Below, one piece after another: positions 28,990 through 42,800 of a DNA stretch of 64,000 nt (the first letter of the stretch is position 1; each line of letters begins with the position of its first letter). The DNA comes from Camelus dromedarius (lineage: Eukaryota). Position numbers and translations under genes: made by a program. The stretch lies in NCBI RefSeq assembly GCF_036321535.1, contig NC_087436.1, forward strand, positions 32,552,001-32,616,000. Direction: 5' to 3'. The notes below the pieces were generated by a model. That model was given only the letters and a program-made list of their open reading frames with translations. It searched no databases and was not told the origin of the DNA.

Positions 28990-29300
28990 AAGCTTTTTCT
29001 GTAAAGATCAGATTAATAAATACTTTAGGCTCTGCAGGCCACATGGTCTTTGTCGCAACTCAACTCTGGCACTGTAGCTTGAGAGCAGCAATAAATGCAT
29101 GAATGTGGCTGTGTTCTAATAAAATTTTATTTATAGACACTGATATTTGAACTTCATATAATTTTCATATATCATAAAATATCACTCTTTTTATTTTTAT
29201 TTTTCTGACCACTATAACTGGTTAAAACCATTCTCAGTTTGCAGACTGCGTAAGAACAGGTGGTGGGCCTGACTTGCCCCACTGGCTGTGGCCTGCAGAT
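28990..29300. mobile_element. hAT-Charlie DNA transposon relic (MER58-like)
   Basis: TTTTCTGTAAAG...TTTAGGCTCTGCAGGCCACATGGTC...GGCTGTGTTCTAATAAAATTTTATTTAT. Confidence 0.7.
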
Positions 29301-29914
29301 GTGTTTTAGGTTATTTCTTTAGGATAAATGTCTCAAAATGGACTCACTGGGGTAAACAGTAACTACACTGTTGTAACTTAATAGTGGTTTCCAAATTACA
29401 TTTTGAAAGGATTAAGTATTTATTTTCTTTTTCATTAAAGAGAAATCTTCTGGCACTTTCCCTGCCCATCCAAGTGAGCAACATGGCAAGTGAAAGCTCT
29501 CTGTGTGGAATTCACAACACATGGGTCCCAGCTTTATCACTGGCTGGCTGCTCTCGGGTAAGTCACGCAATTCTTCTGGTGCTCATCTGTAGAGGGAAAT
29601 AACTGCACCAGAAGCCCTCAACAAAGGCCTAAAAACTCTAAGCCTGTCTTTCCAGTGAACTCACTGCTTCAGTCTTTCCTTTACTGGTGGATCAAGTACC
29701 ACGGATAAAAATGTGGGGAAAAAAATGATGGTAAGAGAGGAGAGACAAACAAGCAGAGTTACTTTCATTAAGAATATTGAAATTTTACAACTATTACAGA
29801 AGAAAATAAAAATGTGTACCAAATAACAGTCTGCAAATTATTAGAGAACAAAACCATACATTATGCGTTCATAAAAACCAAATCTGTCTTTTCAAAAGAG
29901 CATTTCAACTGTTT

Positions 29915-30320
29915 TCACTAGAAACAACCCAAATGTCTATCAACAGTGGGATGGAAAAATAAATAGCATATATTCATGCAACAGAATGCTACGTAGTGAC
30001 AACATGGCTATTTCTCATAGATTATAAGCTAAAGAAAACAGAAACAAGAGAATACACACCACATACTTCCATACCATATACCCATTTACATAAAGTTCAA
30101 CAACTTTCATTGATAGAAAACTTCTGACTTTTGGAAGATTACCTTTGGGAACGGGGACTGATGTGGAGTGTTCTGGGTACTGAAAACATTCTGTATCTTG
30201 ACCTGGGTGGTAGTTACACAGTTATATATATATGTCAAAATTTACTGAGTATACACTTACGATGTGTGCATGTTATGAATGGAGTTATACCTCAATTAAA
30301 AAGATTTTTAAAAAAGTAAA
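29915..30320 (+). mobile_element. L1ME-type 3' end
   Basis: AAACAACCCAAATGTCTATCAACAG...TATCTTGACCTGGGTGGTAGTTACA...TACCTCAATTAAA. Confidence 0.65.
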
Positions 30321-32084
30321 CTAAAAAATACTTCAAAAATTTTTTAATTAAAAGAGAAACTTAGCACAGGTGTTATACAAAATAAATTTATTCAGTGATC
30401 ACAGGTGAGAACATTAGAAGCTAACACAAAAAGACTTTGAAATAAAAACTTTATTGTTTCCCAGAAATAGTGTTCAGGGGTGTAAGTGTTTAGAACATTA
30501 ATGTGTAATTTCTCTAACCCTATCCTTTCCAATCCTCAAAAAATACCTAGTGAAAATGACCAACATTTAAATGGGTACACTTGAAGAAAAAATAAATCAC
30601 TGAGGTGATGTGCAGTTTTTAGGATGTGGAAAAAAGGGGAACTAACATTTGCTCTAGACCAAGACAGGGGCTGGCAACAGGTAGTCCACGAGCTATCAGC
30701 TATTAAACTTTAAGAAAAACACAAAAACAGAATATAAAAATAAACATGCAAGCCCCTGGCAGCAGGAACAGCAAAAAATGGCACCAAAAAAGGTAGCAAA
30801 ACTCCCAGGAACCCAGCAAAGAAGAATCAGAATAGAATCTGCTGTTGTGAAAAGAAAGAAGGAAGAGGCACCAGTCTCACTGTACCAAGGGACTTAAGTC
30901 AATGGTGGGTCATCCTCCAGCCAGACAATGGCAGAGGTCATCCTGAGCAAACTGCACTGACCAGGACAAAGTTTTCATGATACGCCTGCCTATGGGGTGA
31001 CTGCAGTGCAAAATGTCACTATGAAAGAGGCACGTCAGAAATTACATCACAGGAGCATCTTGTGGGATTAGCAAACTCAACATGACATGAAAATCATCCA
31101 TTCTTTATCCCCAAAGTATATAATTTAAAAAATACAGAACATAATCATCAAATTAAAATCTTGAATGAGTAGAGAAAATAATCATCCATAATGCTTCAAC
31201 ACTTACCCAACACTATCAGCATTTTGCTGTATTTATATTAACTTCTAACTGTGGCCCCTGCATATTTTCTTTTTACATAGTTTATTCATTCACTCAGTAA
31301 ATGCTTTTTGAGGATTTAGTATGAGCCAAGCATTTTGCTATGTACCAAAGATAAAATGGTCATTTTGTTCGGACAAATTTCCTTTTCTACTTATTAGTAA
31401 ATTATAAACTTTTCCATTACAAACTTGGAATGAGCCTCATTTTTCTAACTTTTTACTGCTATTTAACATATGCGGGGAAGTGCACAAATTGTAGGAGTAC
31501 AATACAATGAATTATCGCAAAGTGAACATATCCATGTCACTACTACACTCAGGTTAAAAAGTAGTCTCTTGCACCTTGTGTATCTTTAAGTTATTTTACT
31601 AGTGTTTTGGGAGTCTCTTCCTCTCTCTGGTTTGTTCTCCTTCCTCCATTACAGATGGTGCAGAGATCATGCCTAGAGGTAACCAGCAGTCCTAAAAGGC
31701 TCAGCCAGATACTCAGACTGGAGTATCAGGGGAGAGGAAATATGGACTAAAGAGTTTCATAGGTCATAACCATCTCTCCACAAGGTTTCAAGAGAAAAGG
31801 GTAAAAAGAATTTTAGAGATTTGGCTATAACTCAGCCCAAATAGGCATTCCAGGCGGAGGCCCCAGGTAAGCATAAAGAGAATGCCTTAAGCTGGAGTAT
31901 CCCAGCACGCGGGATCCTAAAATTATCGTGGTTGGCAACAACCAGGCAGGATTTCGTAAGCAGGAATTCTGGCCTGCTTTGACAGAACTAAAAGAACAAA
32001 CACTAGAGACATTTCAGTCCAGTTCCATCATTTTACAAAAAGGGAAGCTGAGGACTGAGAGGATGTAAGTACACACCCGCTCCC

Positions 32085-32730
32085 GTTGCAGGTATCCACT
32101 GCTGCAATCAATCTCCCAAAAAGCTCAGCAGCTTAAAACAACAACCATCGTTCGTAACCATGTGTGGAGATGGATGTTAACTAGACCTACTGTGATGACG
32201 ATGTCGCTGTATACACAATATAAAATCATTATGTTGTATACCTGAAACTAACCAAATGTTATGTCAATTATAACTCAATTAAAAAAAAAAGAAAACAAAC
32301 AAACAACAACAACCGTTTATTCTCTCCCCCAGTTCTGGGGTTGACAGGGCTCAGCTGAGGTTCTCACTCAGGGCTCGTCGTGTAGTCACAGCCAAACGGT
32401 GTTTGGGGCTGGATTTACCTGGAAGGCATCTTCACTCATGTCTGGTGGCCTTTGCTGCAGGGAGGCTGGGGTCTCGGCCAGATCACTACTCATGGCCTCG
32501 TCACGTGGCCAGGCCTTCCTGCCGGCATGGTGACAGGCAGAAGCTGCACCACTTTTTATGAGCCCACTTCAGTCACACAGTACCACTTAAGCTGTAGTCA
32601 CAAGCCCACCCAGACTCAAGGCAGCGGTTGGGGGAGGGACACAGAGACACATAGACCATAACTCTGCCTGGGAGGAGTATCAACATTACATTTTAAGGAG
32701 AGAATGTGGGATCTTGTTGCAACCGTTTGG
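32085..32730 (-). mobile_element. MLT1-type LTR split by an L1 3'-end insertion (about 32150-32300)
   Basis: CTCAGCAGCTTAAAACAACAACC...CAGTTCTGGGGTTGAC. AAACAACAAC is repeated around the L1 piece. Confidence 0.6.
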
Positions 32731-33791
32731 AGCACACACTTTGCACGGATGCCCTTCCTGCAGGATTCCTCCTTGCAAACCTCTATCACGGCACTTATCA
32801 CACTGTGGGAAACCACTGATTTCTGACCCACCTTTTCCACCATTGTACGAGCTCCTTAAGAGAAGAAACTGGATCATTAGAGTCATCTTTGTATTCCTGG
32901 TACTTAGTGGATGCTCAAAAAATTATTTGTTGAATCAATAAACAAACAAAATTTGGACTTAAAGTAAGAAATATTTTTAAATGCTTCTAAAGTATCTATA
33001 AAAGTTTTTATCAAAATCTTTTAGGCTGGGTCAACTTAAGACTGCCAGCTTTGAGAACTGTGAATACCTTTAAGTTTCATTAGTAATACATTCTCATCTT
33101 TGACTAATCTATCTTTAAGTACTAAAGTTGCTACTAACTCAAACATATCCAACAGCTTAAAATGTATCAGCAACACAAAACGCTCATCTTAACATATATT
33201 CAAAATAACTTGTGAATTTATTATTTTCCCCTCAAAATTGGTGAGATATTTTATGACAAACACCCTTAAGAGGAAATTTATGTACAATACCACTGTTGCT
33301 AAATATGCCAAAGGAAATAGTTTAAAACCACTCCAAGAACTTACTGTACTCAAGTGCAAACATACAATTTTAAAGTATTTTTATTCATAAATTACATATT
33401 TTTATATCATGTTATTGGATATACGTCATTCAAACCTAAATTATCACTGTCAACTTATTTTCTTTTTCTTGTCACAATCAACTTATTTTCTTTTTCTTGT
33501 CAGCAAGTACAACCAAGATGAAACAAAATTATATAAAAACTCAAAAATTACTTAAGCTGTTCCCTCGCCTAAACGAGGCACACACGTATATTCAACGCAC
33601 TAAAGTGTTTGTCTTAAGAACACTGTGCCTTGTAGTACACCATCCTTACAATTACACTGTTGTCCCAAATGTCAAGTAGTCCTTAATTTGTTGAGACTCT
33701 GGGTATATTTCTGTTTTGATCACTTTCCTCACGAGGTATAATCAGTCATTAATCCCCCCAAACAAGGACTAATGCTCACCAGCAGCACTTA

Positions 33792-34370
<579 letters not shown>

Positions 34371-35101
34371 TCAAACATGAGAAAAACAGTTATGTCTTTC
34401 CAGCAGGGGGTGTGGGAGTATGGGGAACAGGGAGATGGGAAGGGTGAAAGTTCTTTGATTATTTCAAAGTCTCCTTACTGTTTCTAATGTATTGTAAGCA
34501 TCAACATTATTTCCTATAGAGCCTTGAAGAACGGAGGTTGGAGAAGGGATCAAGATGGCATACAGATAGAAAAGAAAACAAATAAAAAAAGAGAAATGGC
34601 CCCCTGCTAGAATCTAAGGTTCTGTTTTGTTTTTAAATCTAAATTAGCCCCTGTGTGATTATTGTTCACTTTAGACAATTTCACTGGACAATAATTTACA
34701 TTAGTAGTTGATTATGCAATTATATCCAGAGACATAAGACATTCAGAAACTGTACAGAAAAACATCCTCTTTCCATAATTATTCAGCATGGCTGACATGT
34801 TAAAACAAAAACTAAAGTCTACCAGCATTAAGAGACTTTGTGTATACAATAAATTTTCAAAAAAAAAAAGCATTAACTCACTATGAACTAAAACCTTTGC
34901 TGAAAACAACTAGTTTATAATCACAGTTAATAGTAATCACTACTGTAGCCTATAATTTCCATAAAATTCCTTTTAATGAATAATTGTGGTAGGAAGCGTA
35001 AACTACATATTACATAATTCATCATATGATTGTAAAAAGTTTTAACTGGGAAGCAGGCCATTGAAAAAAACAAAAATATTGCTATTAAAATGATTGAAAC
35101 A

Positions 35102-35132
35102 TACATTGTAAACTGACTATACTTCAATTAAA
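35102..35132 (+). mobile_element. About 31-bp L1 3'-terminal micro-insertion
   Basis: ACATTGTAAACTGACTATACTTCAATTAAAA resembles the L1 end at 41720-41750. Perfect 15-bp TSD AAAATGATTGAAACA at 35087-35101 and 35133-35147. Confidence 0.8.
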
Positions 35133-36589
35133 AAAATGATTGAAACAGTATTAAAGAACAAAAATACTCATCTTAAGGTAACAAACCTAACTACAAACTC
35201 TAGCCTGTTAAATGCTATGAACAGCTTACCTTTCAAGCTGCTATTCTTTAGAGCAAAATTGGTCACAGTGGAAAAACTAACATGTAGAGAGAGATTTTTC
35301 AGACACATGAGCTGTAATATCCTGGCGTGAAAGGGTATAATTTGTGTTCTAATCATTCAGTCAGAAGACATTTTCAGTTTTCTGCAGTGTTTGTTAGCAA
35401 CTCTGGTTCTTTTAACTTAAAAGTCAAAATGTGAAAATTAACACCCCCAGAAACGCACTGTTCTATCAGTCAATCTGAAACTAACCACTGCCCTGGTCCG
35501 TGGGTGATAATATTTACATAAATAAAATAATATATAAGAATTTTCAACTCTATATAAATGGTTAAAAAAATAACTATTCCCAGATATCAAAACTAGTATT
35601 TCTTAGGCACTTGCTGATTCCCAGTGTGTGGCATCACTTTAGGCACTTTTAGCATCGATTCCTGTGGATGATTCATCATGTATCAATTGTTTTGACCATA
35701 CCTATCTGTACCTGCAGAAATCAGTATTTAATAAAGATACGTATATATATCTTTACCCAAAGACTATACCAATTCACATTTCCACCAGCAATGAAAGAGA
35801 CCCATTTTCTTAACCTCTAGATTTAAAAATATTTCACTTTAAGTGGAAGAAATCTTTTTTAAAAAAAGAGGAAGAAATTAAAAGAAGGGAGATAAGAGAT
35901 AGGAATAAAGACAAATAAATGAATGTGGGAGTCTGTAAAAGGCGGCAAAACATATAATAAAAAGGAAATGAACTGAGAAGTCACAGACCTTGGTTCAAAC
36001 TCTGTTCTACTGAGACTTTTCACTTTTTTAAGTTTTTGTTTTCCTCATCTAGAAAATGGATTATAGCTACCTCACAGGGCTGTTATCAACAGCAAATAAA
36101 ACAATGTGCCTGGCAAGATAAATGCCAAATAAATGACAGGTCCCTTCCTCTCACCCTGCAGAGTCAGAACTGTGGAGAAACTTACACCTTTATGAGACAT
36201 AGCTCTTATACTTCTGAATTTTTCCAACCCGTGGCAATAAAGGAAGATTTCTCTGGTGACCTCTATTTGCTAGGTTCCAAGCTAAGTGCCGGTGACGTAA
36301 GAACCAAAAGGAGATGCTGCCTTCAAAGCCACAGTTCAGAATTCCCAGGAGGATTCCTTATCCCTACTAGGGTGATTAATTCCTATTTAGATAAACATCA
36401 AGAGCATAACTGATCAATGTGTCAGAAGGTTTAACAGAGGTGGAAAGACTGCATTCTGAAATAAGTTCTATTAGAACAAAGGGAGTTTATTAAAACAGCA
36501 ATAAAACAAAAATCCCAACTTTTCATGGCAAGTATTCATTAATAATGAAAATAATATTATATGTAGATTCTCCCCAGCGTAATCTTTCC

Positions 36590-37025
36590 TCCTTTTTAGT
36601 GTGGACTGGACTTAGTGATGTGCTTCCAAAGAACAGAGTACGTAAAGTGAAAAATAGCAGCTTCACAGTGAAGAAACCTGGCAGATACCATCTTAGCCAA
36701 GTGACTGAGGTTATGAAAAACAAGCAAGGACTGAGAAACTGTCACAGACCAGAGGAGACTAAATGCAATATGATATCCTGGACTAGATCCTAGAACAGAA
36801 ACAGGACATAAGTAGAGGAATGGTGAAATCTGAGAAACGTCTGGAGTTTAGTTGATGGTACTGTACTCATATGAATTTCTTAGTTTTCACTAGTGCACTG
36901 TATCTGTGTAAGATGGTAACATCTGGGGAAAACTGGGTGAAGGATATACAGGAACTCTCTGCATTACCTTTGCAACTTTTCTGTAAATCTAAACTTATTC
37001 CAAAATAAAAGGTTTATATTTTTAA
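36590..37025 (+). mobile_element. L1MC-type 3' end
   Basis: GAAACCTGGCAGATACCATCTTAGCCAAGTGA...TTTGCAACTTTTCTGTAAATCTAAA. Confidence 0.7.
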
Positions 37026-38595
37026 ATGAATTAAATCTAGCAGTTTTAATTCAGATTTCTGTAATACATGAGTCACCTTAATCAATATTAATATAAATAT
37101 TCATCTCTTTTCTGAGGTCCTACAGTACAAGCTGCAAAGTTGTCATTGTGTAAATGTCTTTCAATGAGATTCTTACAAGTTGTTTATTGTACTTTGCTCT
37201 AAACAGGAATAACTTTATTTACTTATAGTCTACCCTCAAAGTCTAACAACACTTTAATTGGTTTCAAGGCCCTAACTGATGCAGTAAAGATGAGTAGAGT
37301 CCTTCTTCCCAAAGAAAAACTTGCTAATTTGCAAATAAGCAAGTTCGAGTTCTCTTACATAAGCTGTGACATAAATATATTAAAGAAAATGAACTTCAAA
37401 TAATACTGGTAAGTTTCTCAATTACTGATGTATTCAAGAATTCTATATTGATACTAAATCTTTGTTTTTTTTTTTCACTAAATCTTTTTTCTTCTTCTAA
37501 GTTATCAAATATCTCAGATCTTAGTTTTATTAATGTCAGCATTTTTCATCAAATGAAATAGTATCAAGATTTCCTTGGCCACCATAAGAAAAACGTTACG
37601 AAATAGCCAGCCCTCATGGTACATTTCCTTAAGGAAAAAAGACTTTTGCTACTACTGCTACTACCTGTTACATTATGCATTTTTCCCCCTTCTTAGTGGG
37701 GAAAGCACTATGTGGTTTACCAAAGTAGCCGACACATGTAGTTACCCAGTTGCATAGTGCTAATAAGTACAGCAAGACAATTCTAGGCACAGAGAAAAAC
37801 TATGCACAGTAAAAACAGCATGACAGATTATCAAGGATTCTAACTGGGGCTCCTTTAGTAAGTACTGATCTGTCTAATGCTTTTTTTGTGTTTTCACTTC
37901 TGTGCTCTGTCCACCAGTAATATCTAATTTTCATTCCTGAAGTCTTTTGATTATTTTATAAAAGAAAACCATGACTTTAATAGTTCAAGCCTATGCCAGC
38001 TGTTACAGCAGCTTGAGGAGGTGGGGAACCTGGGATGGGCAGATGATGCTCCTTCTGGATGAGCTACAGTCCCCACTGGGACAAACGTGAACCATGTCAG
38101 AGAATAGGAAGGGATCAGCCAGCGAACTACTGACTGCGTACTCACCGCATGAAATAAATTTTCACATCTCCACTGGAACTATGCTAATGAGCCTGTCCCC
38201 TACCCCAGTCCTCCAGCTAAACGGGGCATGGCTACACATCACAGTTAAGGATACAGTCTAACCTTGGTAGAACTGAAATCACAGACCAGCAAATCATTTT
38301 CAGATAGGGATTTATTGTGCTTTTAAAGATGTCAGGTGGACAGAGAGCTCATCACCTCGGTGAAATGCAAGTTCCAAAAGTGAGGAATAAAAAATGCTAT
38401 AGAAGGGGGGAGTTTGGAGAGATTAAGTCTAAGAGGAATCAAATAAGGTTCTAGGAGAAGGTGGCACTTTAAATGGGACCTTGAATGACTGTGACAAGTA
38501 GAGCTAGGAAGAAAAGGTGTTTTAAACAGAGAGAACAAAGTACATATAAATGTAGGTGTGCAAGAACATGGTAGGAATGAGAATGGACATTTCAG

Positions 38596-38965
38596 TGTAG
38601 CAATGTTATACACTGAATGTTTATGTTCCCCCAGAATTTATATGTTGAAACACTAGCACCCAATGTGATGGTATTAGGAGGTGGGGCCCTTGGGAAGTAA
38701 TTAGAATTAGATGACATCACAAGGGTGGAACCCTTACGAATGGGATTAGTGCCCTTAAAAGAGTCACAAGGAACTTGCTTCTCCTCTCTGCTATGTGAGA
38801 ATATAATGAGAACTTACATCCTGTAACCTGGAAGAGAGACCTCACCAGAACCCGACTATGCTGGTACTGATCTTGGACTTCCAGCCTCCTGCAAAAAAAT
38901 AAATTTCTGTTGTTTATAAGCCATTCAGTCTAGGCTGTTTTTAAAACAGCATCCAGAGGTGAGAC
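38596..38965 (+). mobile_element. MaLR LTR (MLT1A/MST-like)
   Basis: TTTATATGTTGAAAC...GTGATGGTATTAGGAGGTGGGGCC...AATAAATTTCTGTTGTTTATAAGCCA. Confidence 0.75.
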
Positions 38966-41149
38966 AAGTAGGAATACTGGTGGCTTAAAAAAAAGATCAT
39001 CAAAGATGAGATCAGGAAGGCTAGGGACAGGTCTAAAGGAGCTATTAAAAAGCATCCTAAGGAATCTGGAGTTTATTTGGAAAGCCATCAAGCTTTTGAC
39101 TAGAAAAATGATTTACTAGGCTTTTTTAAAAAAAGATCAGTTTTAGGTTCACAGCAAAATTGAAGGGAAGATAGATTTCCCATATACCACATGTGCAGCC
39201 TCCTCCATTATCAACATCTCCTACCAGGGTGGTATATTTGTTACAATCAATGGACCTATATTGACACATCATTATCATCCCAAACCCAAAATTTACATTA
39301 TGGTTTGCTCTGTATACAATCTATGGGTTTGGACAAATGCACCACAATAGTATCATACAGAGTAGTTCCACTGCCCTGACACAATTACCCTAATATTTTA
39401 AATTTTGAAATAAAACTCAAAATAGATGAAGGCTCATAAAGCTTCTCAGTACCAGGAAGACAGTTTTCATGTTAAAGAAAACTGTATCTTTCCTAGGTCA
39501 TCTATACAAAGATTCCATTTCCAAAGAGGTAGAAACATTTACACACTCAGACTTTAGTTTTCTCTTTACCTCCATGGCCCCTCAGAATATAGCTGTCTCC
39601 ATCCTGAAGATGGAGAAAGTAGTGAAGCCTCTGACAAAGATGAGAAAACGTGTTACTTAGAGACATCTTATACAATGGTACGTTATAACCAAGAGTTCCT
39701 CTAATTCTGAATCCCTCAAAACAAGAGAAGACTTGATGAAATTAAAATGTTAACACTTTCAGGCAAGCAAAATAAACTTGTAAAAGGATATTTACATTCT
39801 TCTTGGAGAATCTACTACTGTATGCATATATCAAATTGCATGTACAACTTTTATTTATCAATTATATTTCAATATAAGCTGGAAAAAATAGAGGAAATGA
39901 AATTCAGTTTGGATTAACCCTCTTTCAAATCAAATAAATACACATCACTTTTAACATCTTTGTCTTCCTGTCAATCCCATGTCATCAACTACATGCTCAT
40001 GATTTTCCTGTTCCTAAGATTTAAGCAAACATTCTCTCAATCAGCAAAACTCAGAATTGAGTGAGTATTTTTATTCTCATTTTAACATATGAAATGCTCA
40101 CAGAAATTGTGACACATCTAAGGCCACATGGTTAGCGGGAGGGAAGAATAGAGCGCAGGTTGTCTGACCCTCCCTCTTAATCCAGTACTCATTACACTGC
40201 ACCAGGATGCCTCTCATAATAATGTGTTGAAAAAATTATTTTGATGTTGCAAATGTGCTAACAGAATCAGTCTCATTTTCAAAAGTTATTTCAGGCTACC
40301 TTATAAAGACATTCCATTGTAATTGAAGGGGATTGAATTCTTTGACCAATATAGTCACCAGAGATCAAAAATGAAATATCAGTTGCTAGTTTTTTAATCT
40401 CAGCCTTCTCCTGATCACAAGGATGACCTGGTTAAGCACGTGGCTATCTGCTTCATTGTAGTTAGCTTTGTTGGAAATAGGCAAGCATGTGTTTAATTCT
40501 ATTTCTGATCCGAATTGCCACATTATTTCTTTTTCAAGTAGGTTCTTTTAGAAAAAAATGTTTTAGACCTGTGTTTTAGAAAACAAACTCTGGCAGCTGT
40601 ATGGAAGAAAGACTGAGGATGGGAGAAATCAGAGGCACCCAGACCAGTGTGGAGGCTACTCTACTGGTGTAAGAGGGAGGCAAGCCCTCTGAGTAAGGCA
40701 GTATCCCTGAGAAGGGGGAAACAGTCGGGGGAGTGGACATCAGAAGAGGAAGTCAAGAGGACTGGAGACTTACTATATTTGAAGACCTGAGTAAGAAGAG
40801 AGTGATCTCAGAAGAAGAGATGGGCAACACTAGGGGAGAAACAAGGCAGATAATGAATTTTCAAACACACTGAGCTGGGAGTACAGAGAGATGCTAGCAG
40901 AGAATTACCATTTCTCATCATAAACCTAGTTATATACTATTTGACTTTTTAATTTGTATAAGTTCATAAAAGAAAATTAAAAGAGAAAAGAAGTCAGGGT
41001 TCAGAGCAGGAGAGAAAGGGAAATATACTAAATTGTATATTAATATACTGAATCATGACTTTGAATGAAATATTTTGATTCTTCAAGTAGTACATTTCTA
41101 CATTGAAACCTCCCAAAAAGACAAATTTTGATATATCTGCACAATGATC

Positions 41150-41490
41150 TCCTATTCAGAAATAAAAAGGAATGAACTATATATAGGCAATAGCATGAAT
41201 GAATCTCAAAATAATTATGCTGAGTAAAAGAGGTCAGACAAAAAAGAATCCATACTGATTCGATTTTTTATAAAATTCTAGAAAATACAAACTCATCTGT
41301 CATGACAGAAAGCAAGTAAGTGGTTGTAAGGCATGAGTAATATTAGGGAGGAACATGGGGACACTTTGGGATTAGACGGATATGTTTATTATCTTGACAG
41401 ATGAATACACGGCAACTTAGCAAACTGTACACTTTAAATATGTACAGTTTAGTGTATTTCAATTATACTTCAGTAAAGGTGTTAATAAAT
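41150..41490 (+). mobile_element. L1ME-type 3' end
   Basis: GAATCTCAAAATAATTATGCTGAGTAAAAGA...TGTACACTTTAAATATG. Confidence 0.65.
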
Positions 41491-42710
41491 TCCTGAAAAA
41501 ATTTAAAGGACATATTTCCATTTTCCTCTAGTCTTCTAAGAAGGAAGTTCCTTAGCTTCTTACAGCTAAATTCTCTTTAAAAAGTATCCCTTTTTCTCTT
41601 CAACAGTCAAGGTTTTAAAGCTAACAACAAAAAAAATCAAAAATCCTAATGGAAAATAATAGAATATATATATATATATAAAACTAAATCACCTTGCTGT
41701 ACACTCGAAGTTAACACAATATTGTAAATCAACTATACTTCAATTTTAAAAATTATATCTAAGCCATAAGATTGATACTTCTGGCCAACATGAACTAACC
41801 GATGTTGCTTCAATGAGTTGCATATTGTAAAGCAAAGCAGAGATGTGGCATTATTGCAAGTAAACGTATGGTTTATGTTATTTCAATATTGAAACTAGTC
41901 ACTGGTTCCCTCAATCCAACACATGCAGCTTCCTCAGGGATTGCCAATGTGCCAGGTCAAGATGCACTGTAGTAATCTAAAAATTTCCTCTTACATCATG
42001 TCTTAAACAAACCTATTGAAAGTACTTCACCACAACGTAGCCTAAAGAAATTTTATCTCAAAAACAATCAACTTATTAATTCTATATTGACAATCACATG
42101 CAGCTCAAACTGGTTATCAGTTACAAAGCATGCAAGAAACAATGGTAATTTCCAGAGAAAATATGCAAAAAATTAACCAACTACAACCCTGAAAATTCAG
42201 GATACTTTATGTGAACCAACAAGTAAAGTAACTTTCTTAATTACCTCCACGCAGGCAGTGAAAGACTGGGCAATTGATATCTCTTAGTTTTCATGAGAAA
42301 GATTAGGTTCACATCCCTATACCTTTGATCTACATGTTCCAGTGTCCTGTCCAAGCTGGGAGGGCTACCACTTGCATTGGTGACTTTGCAGCTCAGGGAT
42401 GTAAATATCACAAGGAAAGAACAGAACAGAAACCTACTCGGCCAGCTCGGCGAGTCAACGCTCCTGTCTTACAGACCAAGAAGCGACAGTCATAAAACCT
42501 GAATCTTGGGAAAACAGAAATATAGAGCAGCAAAACAGTTTACAATAAAGATTTACTGTATTTTTATTATTAGGAAGATAAAGATAATGGAATATGTAGT
42601 GATTAGTGAATGACTGACACAGTAAGTTTAATGACCATTTAAAAAAAAACTAGAATATAATATGTATATACATGTATTCTGAATCACAAGATGGTCTGAA
42701 AAAACAAGTT

Positions 42711-42800
42711 TTGTGTTTTTTTTTAAATGGTGGTACTGGGGATTGAACCCAAACCTTGTGCATGCCATGCACAAGTTCTGCCACTGAGCTGTACTCACCC
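42711..42800 (-). mobile_element. tRNA-derived SINE (Vic-1-like)
   Basis: Reverse-strand A and B boxes (CAGCTCAGTGG, GGTTCAATCCCC). TSD CTGAAA(A/T)AACAAGTT at 42696-42710 and 42801-42815. Confidence 0.8.

Noticed and set aside
30733..30897. TATAAAA followed by a 39-aa plus-strand ORF (MAPKKVAKLPGTQQRRIRIESAVVKRKKEEAPVSLYQGT, 30778-30897)
   Set aside because: No recognisable homology, poly-A tail or TSD; compatible with chance in A-rich sequence.
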